Assembly: GCA_041746575.1 (NCBI GenBank)
Contig: JBGTGT010000101.1
Span: forward strand, 1 to 64,000
Direction of reading: 5' to 3'
Length of the DNA: 64,000 nucleotides
Source: Microcystaceae cyanobacterium
GTDB lineage: Bacteria > Cyanobacteriota > Cyanobacteriia > Cyanobacteriales > Microcystaceae
A program made the translations under genes and the position numbers. Shown piece by piece: positions 1-10,279 of this stretch. The number at the start of each line of letters is the position of its first letter. Position 1 is the stretch's first letter. The notes beneath the pieces are model-generated. The model made no database searches and had not been told where the DNA came from. It saw nothing but the letters and a program-made list of their open reading frames with translations.

Positions 1-150
1 TTTTTGTGCAGGGGGTGCGGGGGAGGCACTCCGTCCCCCGCTGGGGGGTTTGGGGGGCTAGTCCCCCAATCAAGAATTTGTTTTTCTTTTCCTAATCCCA
101 ACGAGAATGGACAAAAAAATTGAGATAATTGCCCTCGTCGACCTCACGTT
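1..150. mobile_element. MITE-like dispersed element, copy 1 (left end lies outside the window)
   Basis: Aligns with 56798-56909 (shared CAATCAAGAATTTGTTTTTC...GGACAAAAAAATTGAGATAATTGCCCTCGTCG) and ends in GTCGACCTCACGTT, which matches the terminal inverted repeat of copy 2. Confidence 0.75.
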
Positions 151-212
151 AATTATTCATAATATACGAAAACTTAAGTCAAAGGGTATAAAGAATGACT
201 GTCTTAGGAGCG

Positions 213-800
213 TTATTTAAGTTCGACAGACTGACTTGAAATAAGGGCGTGAGTAGATAGATAGTTTAATCCTAGATAAATCGTCGAAATGGTGCCAGCA
301 ACGCAAATTTCCCCTTGCAGAATTTTGTCAGTAGCGACTTGAATAGGCCATAAAACAACCTCAATTTCTTCTGTAATATCCAAATTTTGCTCCCCCACTT
401 TCATGGTATTTAAGGCAATAAATAAATGAATTTTCTGTTGGTCTTTAATGGGATTCTCGTAAATTGTTCCTAATCCTATCCATTGCGAAGAGTGATATCC
501 CGTTTCTTCTGCCAATTCTCGTTGCGCCGCCTCCATACTTTTCTCTTTTTTCACATCAAATGTGCCGGCCGGTAATTCAAGCAAAATTTGACTACTACCA
601 TGACGATATTGACGGACAAAAATAATTTCTTCTTGGGGCGTTAATGCTAAAATTAAGACAATATCAGGACGAACATTGACAAAAAAATCATCAATAATTG
701 TTCCATTCGGTAATTCAACAGTATCTTGACGAACTTGACACCATCGATGATTAATGACCCAACGGGAATCTACGATCTTCCATTTTTTTAAATTCGTCAT
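213..800 (-). CDS. Nudix hydrolase (ADP-ribose pyrophosphatase-like)
   Basis: Nudix box ELPAG...AAQRELAEETGY; RQYR and EEIEV motifs. Confidence 0.9.
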   Translation of the reverse strand: MTNLKKWKIVDSRWVINHRWCQVRQDTVELPNGTIIDDFFVNVRPDIVLILALTPQEEIIFVRQYRHGSSQILLELPAGTFDVKKEKSMEAAQRELAEETGYHSSQWIGLGTIYENPIKDQQKIHLFIALNTMKVGEQNLDITEEIEVVLWPIQVATDKILQGEICVAGTISTIYLGLNYLSTHALISSQSVELK

Positions 801-911
801 GGTTTCTTTATTTTTACGTTGAGGAAACGGTAATTGAGATAAAAAGGGATGATAGGTAAAAGCACCAAAAGGGGTATCCTAGCTTAGCCGAAATTTTTAT
901 TAAATAAACTT

Positions 912-1466
912 ATGAAAGCTTCAACAGCAGATCTTAAAGATTGGCTTAAATGGGTCAACTCCTTCCCTTCTAAAGGATTCACCTTGATCGAATTATTGGT
1001 CGTGGTAATGATTATGGGTATTTTAGCAGCGATCGCTTTACCAACGCTTCTCGCACAAGTGGGCAAAGCCAGAGAATCAGAAGCAAGGAACAACATAGGG
1101 GTAGTTAATCGAGCGCAACAAGCTTATTTTTCCGAACATGGAGACTTTGCTGTCACTAAGCAAGCCCTAGATCTGCCTCTCAGTCCTTCTAGCTATTTTG
1201 ACTACGATATTCCAGGGGGAGCAACTGGCGTCGGCGTCATTAAAGCTCATGGGAAAGATAATCGCAAAAATGGAACGCGAAGTTATAGCGGTGGCATCCA
1301 ATACAATCTCAGCAATAGCGGTTTTAGTATGATTCTTTGTCGGGCAACTGCCTCCCCTGATTACAGCGTTACTTCGGGGAATACCATTGAAAATAATGGC
1401 ATCGTGTCGGGTAATTCTCCCCTGCCGTTAAGATGTATTGCAGGGGTAACACAAGAGGCTAAATAG
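912..1466 (+). CDS. Type IV pilin-like protein (PilA / pilin G-H family)
   Basis: Prepilin cleavage motif G|FTLIELLVVVMIMGILAAIALP followed by KARESEA...NRAQQAY. Confidence 0.9.
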   Translation: MKASTADLKDWLKWVNSFPSKGFTLIELLVVVMIMGILAAIALPTLLAQVGKARESEARNNIGVVNRAQQAYFSEHGDFAVTKQALDLPLSPSSYFDYDIPGGATGVGVIKAHGKDNRKNGTRSYSGGIQYNLSNSGFSMILCRATASPDYSVTSGNTIENNGIVSGNSPLPLRCIAGVTQEAK

Positions 1467-1483
1467 ATTGAGACAAAATAGAC

Positions 1484-2824
1484 TTATTCCCCTGTAATTG
1501 ACAGATTATCTACCCAGACATTCGGACAGACTCCTCTTGGTTTGATTTCTGCTTCTTTTTCGATGTAAAAAATGGCTTTTAGCACCTCACAAATATCTCC
1601 AGCGACGGTCGCCGAATCTATACTTTGATAATCACCTTTATTTACCAGCCAACCGTCAAAAGGCAGAGAAAATGACCCCTGAAGGGCGTTAACCCCAGCA
1701 TGAAGTGCCTGTAATTTATCAATCAAGATGACATTTTCTGCTTGCTCTAAAGAATAAGAGGATTGAGGTTCTTCAGACGCAAAAATATGGTAAAAATGAG
1801 ATCCGACGGTTACTTTTGCCCCCAAATTAGCGTGACCTGTCGGTTTCATGTCCATCCGTTTTGCTGTTCCCGCACTGTGTAGTAAGCCCGTTAATATACC
1901 CTTTTGAATCAATTCAATACGTCGGGTAGGTGTTCCTTCTCCATCAAAAGTATCCACCGCAATATTATCGGGATGCAAGGCATCATCAAACACACACAGC
2001 AACGGAGACGCTAAGGGTTGTCCGAGGGAGTCAGGCGTCGAAAGACTTTGTTTATCAAGGATGCTTTGGGCGTTAAATAAGTTGGAAAACGCACCCATTA
2101 AGCTCAAAAACGCACTCGGCGAAAAGACGACCGTATATTTACCCGTTTTAATCGGACGATAGTCTAAATGGCTGAGGGTTTTTTCTTTTACTTCCTGTAA
2201 ACAGCCCTCAATGTCCAAACTGGCTAAACGATGACTAATTTTCATCGCACTTGCCCCACGGGGTTTTTTCCCTTCTTGTTCTGTTTTACTGTAGAGATAA
2301 ATCGAGGTATAAGAACGGTCTTCGTGACGTAACGCCCCTTCGCTATTCAAGTAGAAATGTTGAATAGTTTGCTGTCCTAGACCATTGTAGGGAACGCCCA
2401 CAATAGCGGGATGGGCTTCTAGTAATTGTTTTTCCGCTTCAATCAATTTTTCCAGTAATTCTGAGGCGGCAACGGGTTCGTAGGGTTCTTGAGGAAACGA
2501 AGGGGTAGGAGCTTGGGCTTCTGGACTAAAATCAGGAATATTCTCTTTCACGCCAAAAAAGCTGGCCTCGTGAGCCGTTTTTAAGGCCAATTCAATCCCT
2601 AGTGCATCCGCATCCGTCGTGCTGGTAACTCCCATCGTTTTCTGGTCATTCCATACCCGCACAATGACGCTAGAACGGTTAGAGGCTTCGACTTGCTTGG
2701 GTTCACCAAATGCAACTTCTACGCTGGTTTCATCGATGCCAGAACCATAAAGATCAAATTTCTCAATGCCAAGGGATTTCGCTGTATCTTGGGCGTATTG
2801 GGCAATGTCCTGAATGTTGCTCAT
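1484..2824 (-). CDS. pmbA: TldD/PmbA family protein (PmbA/TldE-type, no HExxH)
   Basis: FDGEGTPT, PTGHA and GSFSLP motifs; no HExxH zinc site. Confidence 0.85.
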   Translation of the reverse strand: MSNIQDIAQYAQDTAKSLGIEKFDLYGSGIDETSVEVAFGEPKQVEASNRSSVIVRVWNDQKTMGVTSTTDADALGIELALKTAHEASFFGVKENIPDFSPEAQAPTPSFPQEPYEPVAASELLEKLIEAEKQLLEAHPAIVGVPYNGLGQQTIQHFYLNSEGALRHEDRSYTSIYLYSKTEQEGKKPRGASAMKISHRLASLDIEGCLQEVKEKTLSHLDYRPIKTGKYTVVFSPSAFLSLMGAFSNLFNAQSILDKQSLSTPDSLGQPLASPLLCVFDDALHPDNIAVDTFDGEGTPTRRIELIQKGILTGLLHSAGTAKRMDMKPTGHANLGAKVTVGSHFYHIFASEEPQSSYSLEQAENVILIDKLQALHAGVNALQGSFSLPFDGWLVNKGDYQSIDSATVAGDICEVLKAIFYIEKEAEIKPRGVCPNVWVDNLSITGE

Positions 2825-3067
2825 GAAGTTAGAAGAAGGATTGATAGGAGGTTACTTATCCTAGTGTAGCGGCCTTCGCTAAATTCTGGATAAACCCTCT
2901 GAGGGATTGCTAACGATTTAAACAAACGATATGTTAGCCTTTTAACCCTAGATTTTGCCAAAAAAAGGCTCAAAGGAACTCAAAAGACCGTCTTCTCCTG
3001 CTATTTGACAGTAGGACTAATGCTCAATTCCCAAAATTTCTTTACAATAAAAAATAAAGCTTCTGCG

Positions 3068-3736
3068 ATGACTCCTCTTAGTTTAGAACAAATCACTCAA
3101 CAACTCGAAAGTCCTCTTTCTAAAGATAGAATGCTAGCATTAGCCGCTTTACGGAATGTACCTGATGCGATCGCTGTTCCTTTAATCAAAAAAGTCTTAG
3201 ATGATGAATTGTTGCAAGTGCGATCTATGGCTGTTTTTGCGCTTGGCATTAAGCAAACAGAAGAATGCTATCCAATTTTAGTAAAATTGCTGGAAACAGA
3301 CCCAGATTATGGAATTCGTGCCGATGCGGCGGGTGCGTTAGGGTATCTAGAAGATCAACGGGCGTTTGAACCCCTAGTCAGAGCTTTTTATGAGGATACA
3401 GAATGGCTCGTGCGCTTTAGTGCAGCAGTATCTTTAGGCAATTTAGGCGATATCCGTGCCAAAAAAGTTTTATTATCCGCTTTAGAGAGTCCAGAAACGG
3501 TTTTAAAACAGGCAGCGATTGCCGCGTTGGGAGAAATTAAGGCTCTTGATACAGTGGATCAGATTTTAAACTTTATTGATTCAGAGGATTGGCTGGTTCG
3601 GCAAAGATTAGCGGAAGCGTTGGGCAAATTAAACACTGAAAAGGGGATTTCTGCCTTAAAATTTCTTGCTAAAGATGAACATCCCCAAGTGAGAGAGGCA
3701 GCAAGATTATCCCTAGAAGGTCTGACCCAAACATGA
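3068..3736 (+). CDS. nblB: HEAT-repeat phycobilisome degradation protein, NblB-like
   Basis: PBS-lyase HEAT repeats (VRSMAVFALG, IRADAAGALG, WLVRFSAAVSLG); start moved to ATG 3068. Confidence 0.75.
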   Translation: MTPLSLEQITQQLESPLSKDRMLALAALRNVPDAIAVPLIKKVLDDELLQVRSMAVFALGIKQTEECYPILVKLLETDPDYGIRADAAGALGYLEDQRAFEPLVRAFYEDTEWLVRFSAAVSLGNLGDIRAKKVLLSALESPETVLKQAAIAALGEIKALDTVDQILNFIDSEDWLVRQRLAEALGKLNTEKGISALKFLAKDEHPQVREAARLSLEGLTQT

Positions 3737-3784
3737 GATAATAGATTCTTGAGGAGATAATTTGTCTTAATTTTAGCCTTATTC

Positions 3785-4339
3785 ATGGATATTAACGAAT
3801 TTCTACAAAGTTGCACTGGGAATTGGTTTTCTCAACGCAGTAGTTACCACGTAGCACAACAACAAGGGATGAGTCATAAATCCGAATTAGCGATTGAATG
3901 GTTGTCCTTAGACGATCCGGAGGTGGCAAAACGCTGTCAAACACATCAAATTGATCCCCATACCTGTTTAGGGGGTCAGAAAGTAAGTTGGGATACCTCA
4001 ATTGATTGGGGTAATCCAAAGGATGTCGGTTCAAGTTTATTGATCTTTGTGCCTGATGAGGCAGATTCAGCCACGGGAAGTCTGTTAAGTGAAAGGGCGT
4101 CTTGTCAAGGACGTTATCAATTAAGTGACAGGGCGTCTTGTCAAGGACGTTATCAATTGAAGGCCGACCAATCTCTTTATCTCATACTAGACGATGAAAA
4201 ACAAGCTATCGTCGAACGAATTTGGTTCGCTAGTCCTAATTTGAGATTGCGAACCAGTTTAATTAAAAATGAACAGGGATTGAGTCTTACGTCTTTTTAT
4301 TCAGAAATTCGGAAGTTAGTCGCTGATGCTAAGGCTTAA
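3785..4339 (+). CDS. cpcU: CpcS/CpeS-family phycobiliprotein lyase, probably CpcU
   Basis: EF...GNWFSQR N-terminus; ERIWFASPNLRLR and SFYSEIR motifs. The WDTSIDWG segment suggests the CpcU subgroup (subgroup call from memory). Confidence 0.7.
   Translation: MDINEFLQSCTGNWFSQRSSYHVAQQQGMSHKSELAIEWLSLDDPEVAKRCQTHQIDPHTCLGGQKVSWDTSIDWGNPKDVGSSLLIFVPDEADSATGSLLSERASCQGRYQLSDRASCQGRYQLKADQSLYLILDDEKQAIVERIWFASPNLRLRTSLIKNEQGLSLTSFYSEIRKLVADAKA
4085..4156 (+). repeat. 36-bp in-frame tandem duplication inside the lyase gene
   Basis: TTAAGTGA(A/C)AGGGCGTCTTGTCAAGGACGTTATCAA x2 with one mismatch; duplicates LS(E/D)RASCQGRYQ. Confidence 0.95.
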
Positions 4340-4373
4340 CTCAAAAGTCTGCTTGGATAGCGGTGGATTTTTC

Positions 4374-5615
4374 TTATCGTCCTAATTTATTGGGAATTCC
4401 CTCACATCCCCCCGGAATCGTCTTTCGTGTGTATTCTCCACCCCAAGCGCAGCAATAATATCTATTTTCTTCGCTGAGATTCTTAACATCTGCGAAATTA
4501 GCATCTTCAATCACGACCCCTGTTTGTTCTCCTGTTTGATAGTTAGGGGGAATGGTGCGACTGCGAGGACTAGCCGTTTCCGCCGAGCCATAGAATAAAC
4601 GAACGCTTTTTAAATCTGCTCCGTCTAAATTTGCTTCATAAAGAACGGTACGGGATAAATTGGCTTTAACTAAGTCACTACAGGCTAAATTCGCCCTCAC
4701 CATATTGGCTTCACTTAAATCTGTCCATCGTAAATCTTGGCCGACTAAATCTGCCCCTGCCAACATCACCCCGAAATTAATCACCCGAATGCCATACGCT
4801 CGATCTTCCGCATAATTGCCATAACCATCTAAAATAGGTCTGCCTAGATGATTATCTCGCTTAAGAGGCGTAACCAGTTTCGATTGGGATAAAAATCGCA
4901 GAATTTTCGCTTTTCCTGACGGATCTACACTACTGAGAATAGAGGCGGTTCGTCCATCGGCGATCGCTCTTTCTTGAGGCCAATCTTCTAACATTCCTTC
5001 TCCATTTAAGGCTAAATCAGAAATCCCTTGAAAATAAGCATCTATCGTTTGTTGTTGCGTAATTCTGTTTTGTTGTGTGGTCAAATCGCGAGAAATGACA
5101 TATTGCGCCCAAGCAACATAAACCGCTAAGATGGCAATCATAATTTGCCCTAATGCGCCTACCCATTCCGCCCACGAACCAAATTCATCGTATTTGAATT
5201 GGTTTAACCAGCTTGAAATCCGTTGATAAATCCCAAAATAATAAGCTAAACCAGCCACAGAAAGCAAAAAAACCACAGAAGCTAATAAGCTTTGCCGTTC
5301 TTGGTTAGTAAAATAATGAATAAACCATGATTTGAGAGAAGGAATAATCACTCTCAACGAGAGATATAATGCAATCCCTCCTCCCGTTAACCCCAGCCAA
5401 GGGAAGTGAAGCAAAATCCCTAATCCCATCAAGCCAATTGCCGATAATAACAAGTAAGGATTAGAAGGTGCAATTTCTTTCCTCAGTAAATCTTGTTTTT
5501 GCGGTAAACTAGCAGGATAAGTTTGAATAGGAGAGGTTAAACTCGAACTAGGGGCAGTTTTGCCATTGGCAGAATCCGAGGGATTGGAAAGATTGGTTTT
5601 AGGCTCTGGGGTCAT
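4374..5615 (-). CDS. Membrane-anchored pentapeptide-repeat protein (possibly RfrA-like)
   Basis: N-terminal TM helices; A(D/N)Lxx repeats (ADLVG, TDLSE, ANMVR, ANLAC, ANLSR, ANLDG). Confidence 0.8.
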   Translation of the reverse strand: MTPEPKTNLSNPSDSANGKTAPSSSLTSPIQTYPASLPQKQDLLRKEIAPSNPYLLLSAIGLMGLGILLHFPWLGLTGGGIALYLSLRVIIPSLKSWFIHYFTNQERQSLLASVVFLLSVAGLAYYFGIYQRISSWLNQFKYDEFGSWAEWVGALGQIMIAILAVYVAWAQYVISRDLTTQQNRITQQQTIDAYFQGISDLALNGEGMLEDWPQERAIADGRTASILSSVDPSGKAKILRFLSQSKLVTPLKRDNHLGRPILDGYGNYAEDRAYGIRVINFGVMLAGADLVGQDLRWTDLSEANMVRANLACSDLVKANLSRTVLYEANLDGADLKSVRLFYGSAETASPRSRTIPPNYQTGEQTGVVIEDANFADVKNLSEENRYYCCAWGGEYTRKTIPGGCEGIPNKLGR

Positions 5616-5703
5616 TACTGCTCATTTTTTTCCTGTTATTATAAAGGATTTAATTCAGCTAATAAACATTCTAAGATAGAAAAAGGTATAAGCGATCGCT
5701 GTT

Positions 5704-7647
5704 ATGACAATCCTAACCTCTCGGACGTTTCTAATCGGTTTTTTCAGTCTGGTTTTATCCCTTCTACTTGGGCAATTTATCACCCTCAATTCTCCTTTTT
5801 TTGTTTCTCAAGCACAAGAGAATAGTACCTTTCAAGGCATCCAGTTACCCCTCGTTGATCCGCAATTTCGCAATCAATGGACACCTCAATTAGAAGCTGA
5901 ATTTCAACAAAAAGCAAAAACGGTTGTTCAATATTATGCAAAGCTTGACAATTACGGAAATCTTCATCAAGAAAATGAAAAAGGATCTTATCCCAAAGCA
6001 ATGTTTGATTTCTTAGCAGGTCATCGAGAACAAGCCCTTCAATTTTTGCAAGCAGATGATCCTCAACAAGCAGAACACGCCCATACTAATGGCATTGATT
6101 ATTATTTTTGTTTTACCTTAAAAGGACAAGTTCGCAAATACTTTTTATTAAAAGATTTTTTAGAGCCAAATTATCGTCAAAAAATGTATGAGGGTGCCAA
6201 AAAATGGACTGAAAAAGATCCTTTAATGCGTCCTCATCCTCTCTATGGCTTTGGAGACGAATCAGGGCGAGATTGGAGTATTAGAAGGCGAGGAAGATGG
6301 GTAGATGGACGAAATACAGATAACTTACGGGCAATGCGGGAAACTTCCGTTTATTTAATGGCTGAAGAAACGGGCAATGAAGAAACTCGGCAGATATATA
6401 AAAATAAAATTCGCCGTTATGTCGGTGCATTATACAATATTGGCATGGGAGAGTGGGATTCTCCTGTCTATCACGCTCATACCTTTGCCCCTTACCTCAA
6501 TCTCTACGACTTTGCCCAAGATCCTGACGTCAAAAGTTTAGCCAAAGCGGCCTTAGATTGGCTGTCAACGGCGGCGGCGATTAAATATAATCAAGGAGGT
6601 TGGGGCGGTCCCTCGAAGCGCGATTATGGAGGGAGTCATCGGGTTTTCAGTGCTGATGCCAGTCGAGCATTTTGGTTATATTTTGGGGATACGGTCATAC
6701 CCAATCCGAAACCTGAGCGAGATACATTATACTTTATGACCAGCACTTATCGTCCCCCATTAGCAGTAGTTGCTTTAGCAAAAAAACAGTTCCCTAAACC
6801 CGTAGAATTATTCGCTACTAAACCACTTTATGAAAATTGGAAATCAGGAAAAGATCAGTTACCGGGTTACTGGGAAACGCAGTTTTTTGGGCAGACATAT
6901 CAAATGGGAAGTGTGGCAGGAGCATTTGCAGATAAGGATGTTAAACCCTTTGCTTTAATGGCTGAAAATCCAGTAAGGGGAGTCGATTATTTTGGGGTTA
7001 ATACGGTGGGAGATTGGATTCGTCCGGGTAAAAATAGCGGAGATGAAATCGGTCAATACGAAAATCTACTTCTCTGGTTACGACCGACTGATCAAAGTAA
7101 TTTTTATTTTCAAATACCCCAAACAGCAACGCTAGAAAAAATACAAAATATTTGGTTTATTCAACTGGAAAAAACTTGGTTGGCAATTTTTCCCATTAAT
7201 TTAAGTAATTACCAAAATAAAGAGCCTACAAATTCAAAATTAGCCCAAGCTTATCAAGAAGAGAGAGTTTTCGCAAGTCAATCACAAGGCAATTTTTACT
7301 CAGGATTTGCCTTAGAAGTTGGAGAAAAAGCAAGTCATGGAACTTATCAGAATTTCAAGAAAATTATCCAGCAAAAAGCAACGTTAAATTTAAGTGCGAT
7401 TGAACAAGGTAGCGTTATTTTTAAAAGTAGTCAAGATAAAATGTTAGAATTTCGTTATAATCCTCAAAACTTATTGCCTATTTTAACGAGAGATGGAACA
7501 TTAAGAAACTGGCATAACCAGCTTGCTATTTACGATAGTCAAACGCCTGACAAATCCCCTGTTTATTTAGGATGGAAAGAAGGAAAACTCACGGTAAAGG
7601 TTAATCATTTACACTTTACCAACGAGGTTATCGGTATCACTGAGTGA
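5704..7647 (+). CDS. Secreted hypothetical protein, possibly heparinase II/III-like
   Basis: 647-aa ORF with a hydrophobic signal ending SQA|Q; GMGEWDSPVY motif recalls uncharacterised lyase-like proteins (inference). Confidence 0.55.
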   Translation: MTILTSRTFLIGFFSLVLSLLLGQFITLNSPFFVSQAQENSTFQGIQLPLVDPQFRNQWTPQLEAEFQQKAKTVVQYYAKLDNYGNLHQENEKGSYPKAMFDFLAGHREQALQFLQADDPQQAEHAHTNGIDYYFCFTLKGQVRKYFLLKDFLEPNYRQKMYEGAKKWTEKDPLMRPHPLYGFGDESGRDWSIRRRGRWVDGRNTDNLRAMRETSVYLMAEETGNEETRQIYKNKIRRYVGALYNIGMGEWDSPVYHAHTFAPYLNLYDFAQDPDVKSLAKAALDWLSTAAAIKYNQGGWGGPSKRDYGGSHRVFSADASRAFWLYFGDTVIPNPKPERDTLYFMTSTYRPPLAVVALAKKQFPKPVELFATKPLYENWKSGKDQLPGYWETQFFGQTYQMGSVAGAFADKDVKPFALMAENPVRGVDYFGVNTVGDWIRPGKNSGDEIGQYENLLLWLRPTDQSNFYFQIPQTATLEKIQNIWFIQLEKTWLAIFPINLSNYQNKEPTNSKLAQAYQEERVFASQSQGNFYSGFALEVGEKASHGTYQNFKKIIQQKATLNLSAIEQGSVIFKSSQDKMLEFRYNPQNLLPILTRDGTLRNWHNQLAIYDSQTPDKSPVYLGWKEGKLTVKVNHLHFTNEVIGITE

Positions 7648-8038
7648 TTATACATCAGACAAAATCGTTCTTCTCGTTTCTCATCTTTCCATGCTCGATC
7701 TATTTTAACCTCAATTGATGGGATTAACGCTACATTTTGCTTAAAGTATCCACAAAAGCCACAAAAAGCTTTATGATAAGAACAATTTGTCTTAATCTAG
7801 AAGACCCATCCCTCTCACTCCCTCAGAATCTTCAAAGTTCATATTTTATGCAACTTTTTCGAGAAAACAGGAACAAGTAAGAATATTTCTCCTTCAAAGT
7901 AACGATTGCTCAAGTTTAAGGAAGGATTTGACGATCTTTTCTCTGCTTAAGGAACTTCCCATGGCGAAAATAATTCAAACAAACCAGAGAAATTCATTAT
8001 TGATTTCGTTATTATTATATATTGGGCGATTAACGCGC

Positions 8039-8527
8039 ATGGTAACCTTTCAAGGATTCCTAACCTCCGATAAATCCACTCTGATTCGTTCTCTGTTGGT
8101 AACCGTCCTAGCAATATTAGGAGTAGTCGGGGGTGTGATTCCAGAGTTTTCTTGGCAAAAGAACAAATTTTCCTTTAATTATTTTGCTTATAGTCAAGAT
8201 TTTAATGATACGCAGATTGTTAATTATGCGAATGTTGTTTTGAGTATTGAACCGCTTCGTCAAGATGCCTACCAAAAAATACAGAAGATTATCGGCAGAA
8301 CGCCTCCTAATATTGCTTGTGACCAAAAAGAAACGTTTAAAGGACTACCCAATGAGGCGCAAAAAGTGGCTGTTAACTATTGTAATCAATCCCGATTAAT
8401 TGTGCAAAATAGTGGGTTATCCGTCAATCAATTTAATGATATGACCCTTCGCGTTCGTTCCGATCAAGAATTAAAAAGAAGAGTGCAAAATGCCATGATT
8501 CGCATACGGCAAAAGAAGCGTAATTAA
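8039..8527 (+). CDS. DUF4168 family protein
   Basis: NYANVVLSIEPLRQ...NYCNQS...GLSVNQFN pattern; start uncertain (7928, 7961 or 8039). Confidence 0.7.
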   Translation: MVTFQGFLTSDKSTLIRSLLVTVLAILGVVGGVIPEFSWQKNKFSFNYFAYSQDFNDTQIVNYANVVLSIEPLRQDAYQKIQKIIGRTPPNIACDQKETFKGLPNEAQKVAVNYCNQSRLIVQNSGLSVNQFNDMTLRVRSDQELKRRVQNAMIRIRQKKRN

Positions 8528-8642
8528 ATCGTTTTTTTGACAAAATCTAGAGGGTTGGGTAGAGAGAAAATAGTGAAGGGAGTAGGCTTTACTTTTTGTC
8601 ATTCTTGTATTCCCCCGTTCAGGCACCCCTTAGGTCAAATCG

Positions 8643-9473
8643 TTAAACCCTCGCTTGACTAACAATTCCCGACCATTGGATCTGTTTTTTATGGGTACGA
8701 CGGTAAGAAAAAAAGAGATTTGGCATTTGATAGGTACAATGAGGAGCGATCGCAATTTGGTCTGCTTGAATTCCCATTTGTTCTAATTGAAGTTGATTGA
8801 CGCGTCGTACATCTAAGCGAATTTTACCGTCTTCTGAGTCGGGTAATAAAGAAGAATTAGGGCATTGACTGAACTTATCTAAAATATCTTGTTGCGTCCA
8901 TTTTTCAGGGTTTTCAAGAAGACTGGAAACCACCTTAATGGCGACTTCTTCGGTGACTTGATATACACTTCCTGTGATGGCCGGCCCCATGGCAACGCGC
9001 AAGTTTTTGGTTTGACTGCCCTTCTTTAAAAAGTGTTGAATGGTATAGGGAACAATCCGTTGAGATGTGCCTCTCCATCCGGCATGAATGGCAGAGACTT
9101 GTCCCGTCTTTTGATCACCTATCAGTAAAGGGGTACAATCAGCACTAGCAACCCATAAGGACTGATGAGACATATCTTGAGTCTGATCAGAAATTAAAGC
9201 GTCCGCTTCAGGATAAATTGAGTCAGATTGGTGGGAATATTCGGGGTCAATTTCTGAAGTACTAAAAATTTGATGACCATGAACTTGTTTGACTCGGTAA
9301 ACCTGAGCCGTTGTATCCAATGCCTCTACGAGCTTATCAGGAGAAAAAGGATAAAAAGAAGCCGTAAAAAAGCCGTGATGCCAAAACTTGAGAATATTAC
9401 AGGTCAAATAGGGCAATCCATTCCATTTTTGCCATTGCCAATCAGAGGAAGATAAATTTTGTGAATTTTCCAT
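8643..9473 (-). CDS. pgeF: YfiH/PgeF family purine nucleoside phosphorylase / peptidoglycan editing factor
   Basis: QVHG, ADALIS, SADCTP, HAGWRG, GPAI and FFSYRR motifs. Confidence 0.92.
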   Translation of the reverse strand: MENSQNLSSSDWQWQKWNGLPYLTCNILKFWHHGFFTASFYPFSPDKLVEALDTTAQVYRVKQVHGHQIFSTSEIDPEYSHQSDSIYPEADALISDQTQDMSHQSLWVASADCTPLLIGDQKTGQVSAIHAGWRGTSQRIVPYTIQHFLKKGSQTKNLRVAMGPAITGSVYQVTEEVAIKVVSSLLENPEKWTQQDILDKFSQCPNSSLLPDSEDGKIRLDVRRVNQLQLEQMGIQADQIAIAPHCTYQMPNLFFSYRRTHKKQIQWSGIVSQARV

Positions 9474-9584
9474 GATTATTAATGGATAAGTGACTCATTA
9501 TTCATAATTTATGATACTCTATTTTTAGACTGAATTATCAATTATTAAAGATTGCAATCTTTCGATTATTTGCTTTTAATGAAT

Positions 9585-10217
9585 ATGTCTCGTGAACCTT
9601 TTGCTAATTTAGCATTATATTATTTATTTAAGTGGTCAGTTGTGAGTCCTGTTTTTTATACTTATTTCCGAGGAAAAGTGATTGGATTTGAAAATGTTCC
9701 TCAACAAAATCCTTTTATTGTTGTCTGTAATCATGCCAGTTATTTCGATCCTCTCTTTGTCTCTTGTGCGATGGGTCGTCCGATTGCTTATATGGCCAAA
9801 GAAGAGTTATTTTCCGTCCCTATTTTAAGTCAAGCGATTCAATTCTATGGAGCTTATCCTGTAAAGAGAGGCGCAGGTGATCGGGGTGCTATTCGAGCGG
9901 CTCTACAAGCGATAGAAAAGGGATGGGGTTTGGGTATTTTTTTAGAAGGAACACGTACTGAAAATGCCTTAATTACGAACCCAAAATTAGGAGCAGTCCT
10001 GATTGCCGCTAAAGCGCATGTTCCTTTACTGCCGGTCAGTTTACGGGGAACAAATCGAATTTTAAAAAAAGGTTTAGCCTTTCCTCAACCTGTTCCTATT
10101 ACAGTACGAATTGGGACATTAATTGCTCCCCCAATCAATCACAAAAGAGAAACCCTAGAAGCCTTAACGCAACAATGTGCGACGGAAATTAATCGTCTTT
10201 ATCATATCGGGAGATAA
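9585..10217 (+). CDS. plsC: 1-acyl-sn-glycerol-3-phosphate acyltransferase
   Basis: NHASYFD (HxxxxD), AKEELF and FLEGTRT motifs. Confidence 0.9.
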   Translation: MSREPFANLALYYLFKWSVVSPVFYTYFRGKVIGFENVPQQNPFIVVCNHASYFDPLFVSCAMGRPIAYMAKEELFSVPILSQAIQFYGAYPVKRGAGDRGAIRAALQAIEKGWGLGIFLEGTRTENALITNPKLGAVLIAAKAHVPLLPVSLRGTNRILKKGLAFPQPVPITVRIGTLIAPPINHKRETLEALTQQCATEINRLYHIGR

Positions 10218-10279
10218 GAGCAAAGGTAAGTCGGTAGATGTCAATAAACTTACAATAAATAAAAAACGAACCATCAAAC

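Noticed and set aside
884..1096. 70-aa minus-strand ORF (and similar ORFs at 30450, 32349 and 58262)
   Set aside because: Antisense to hydrophobic coding segments, which commonly leaves the opposite strand open
4085..4156. 36-bp palindromic direct repeats as a CRISPR array
   Set aside because: Only two abutting copies with no spacer, in frame inside a CDS, and no cas genes nearby
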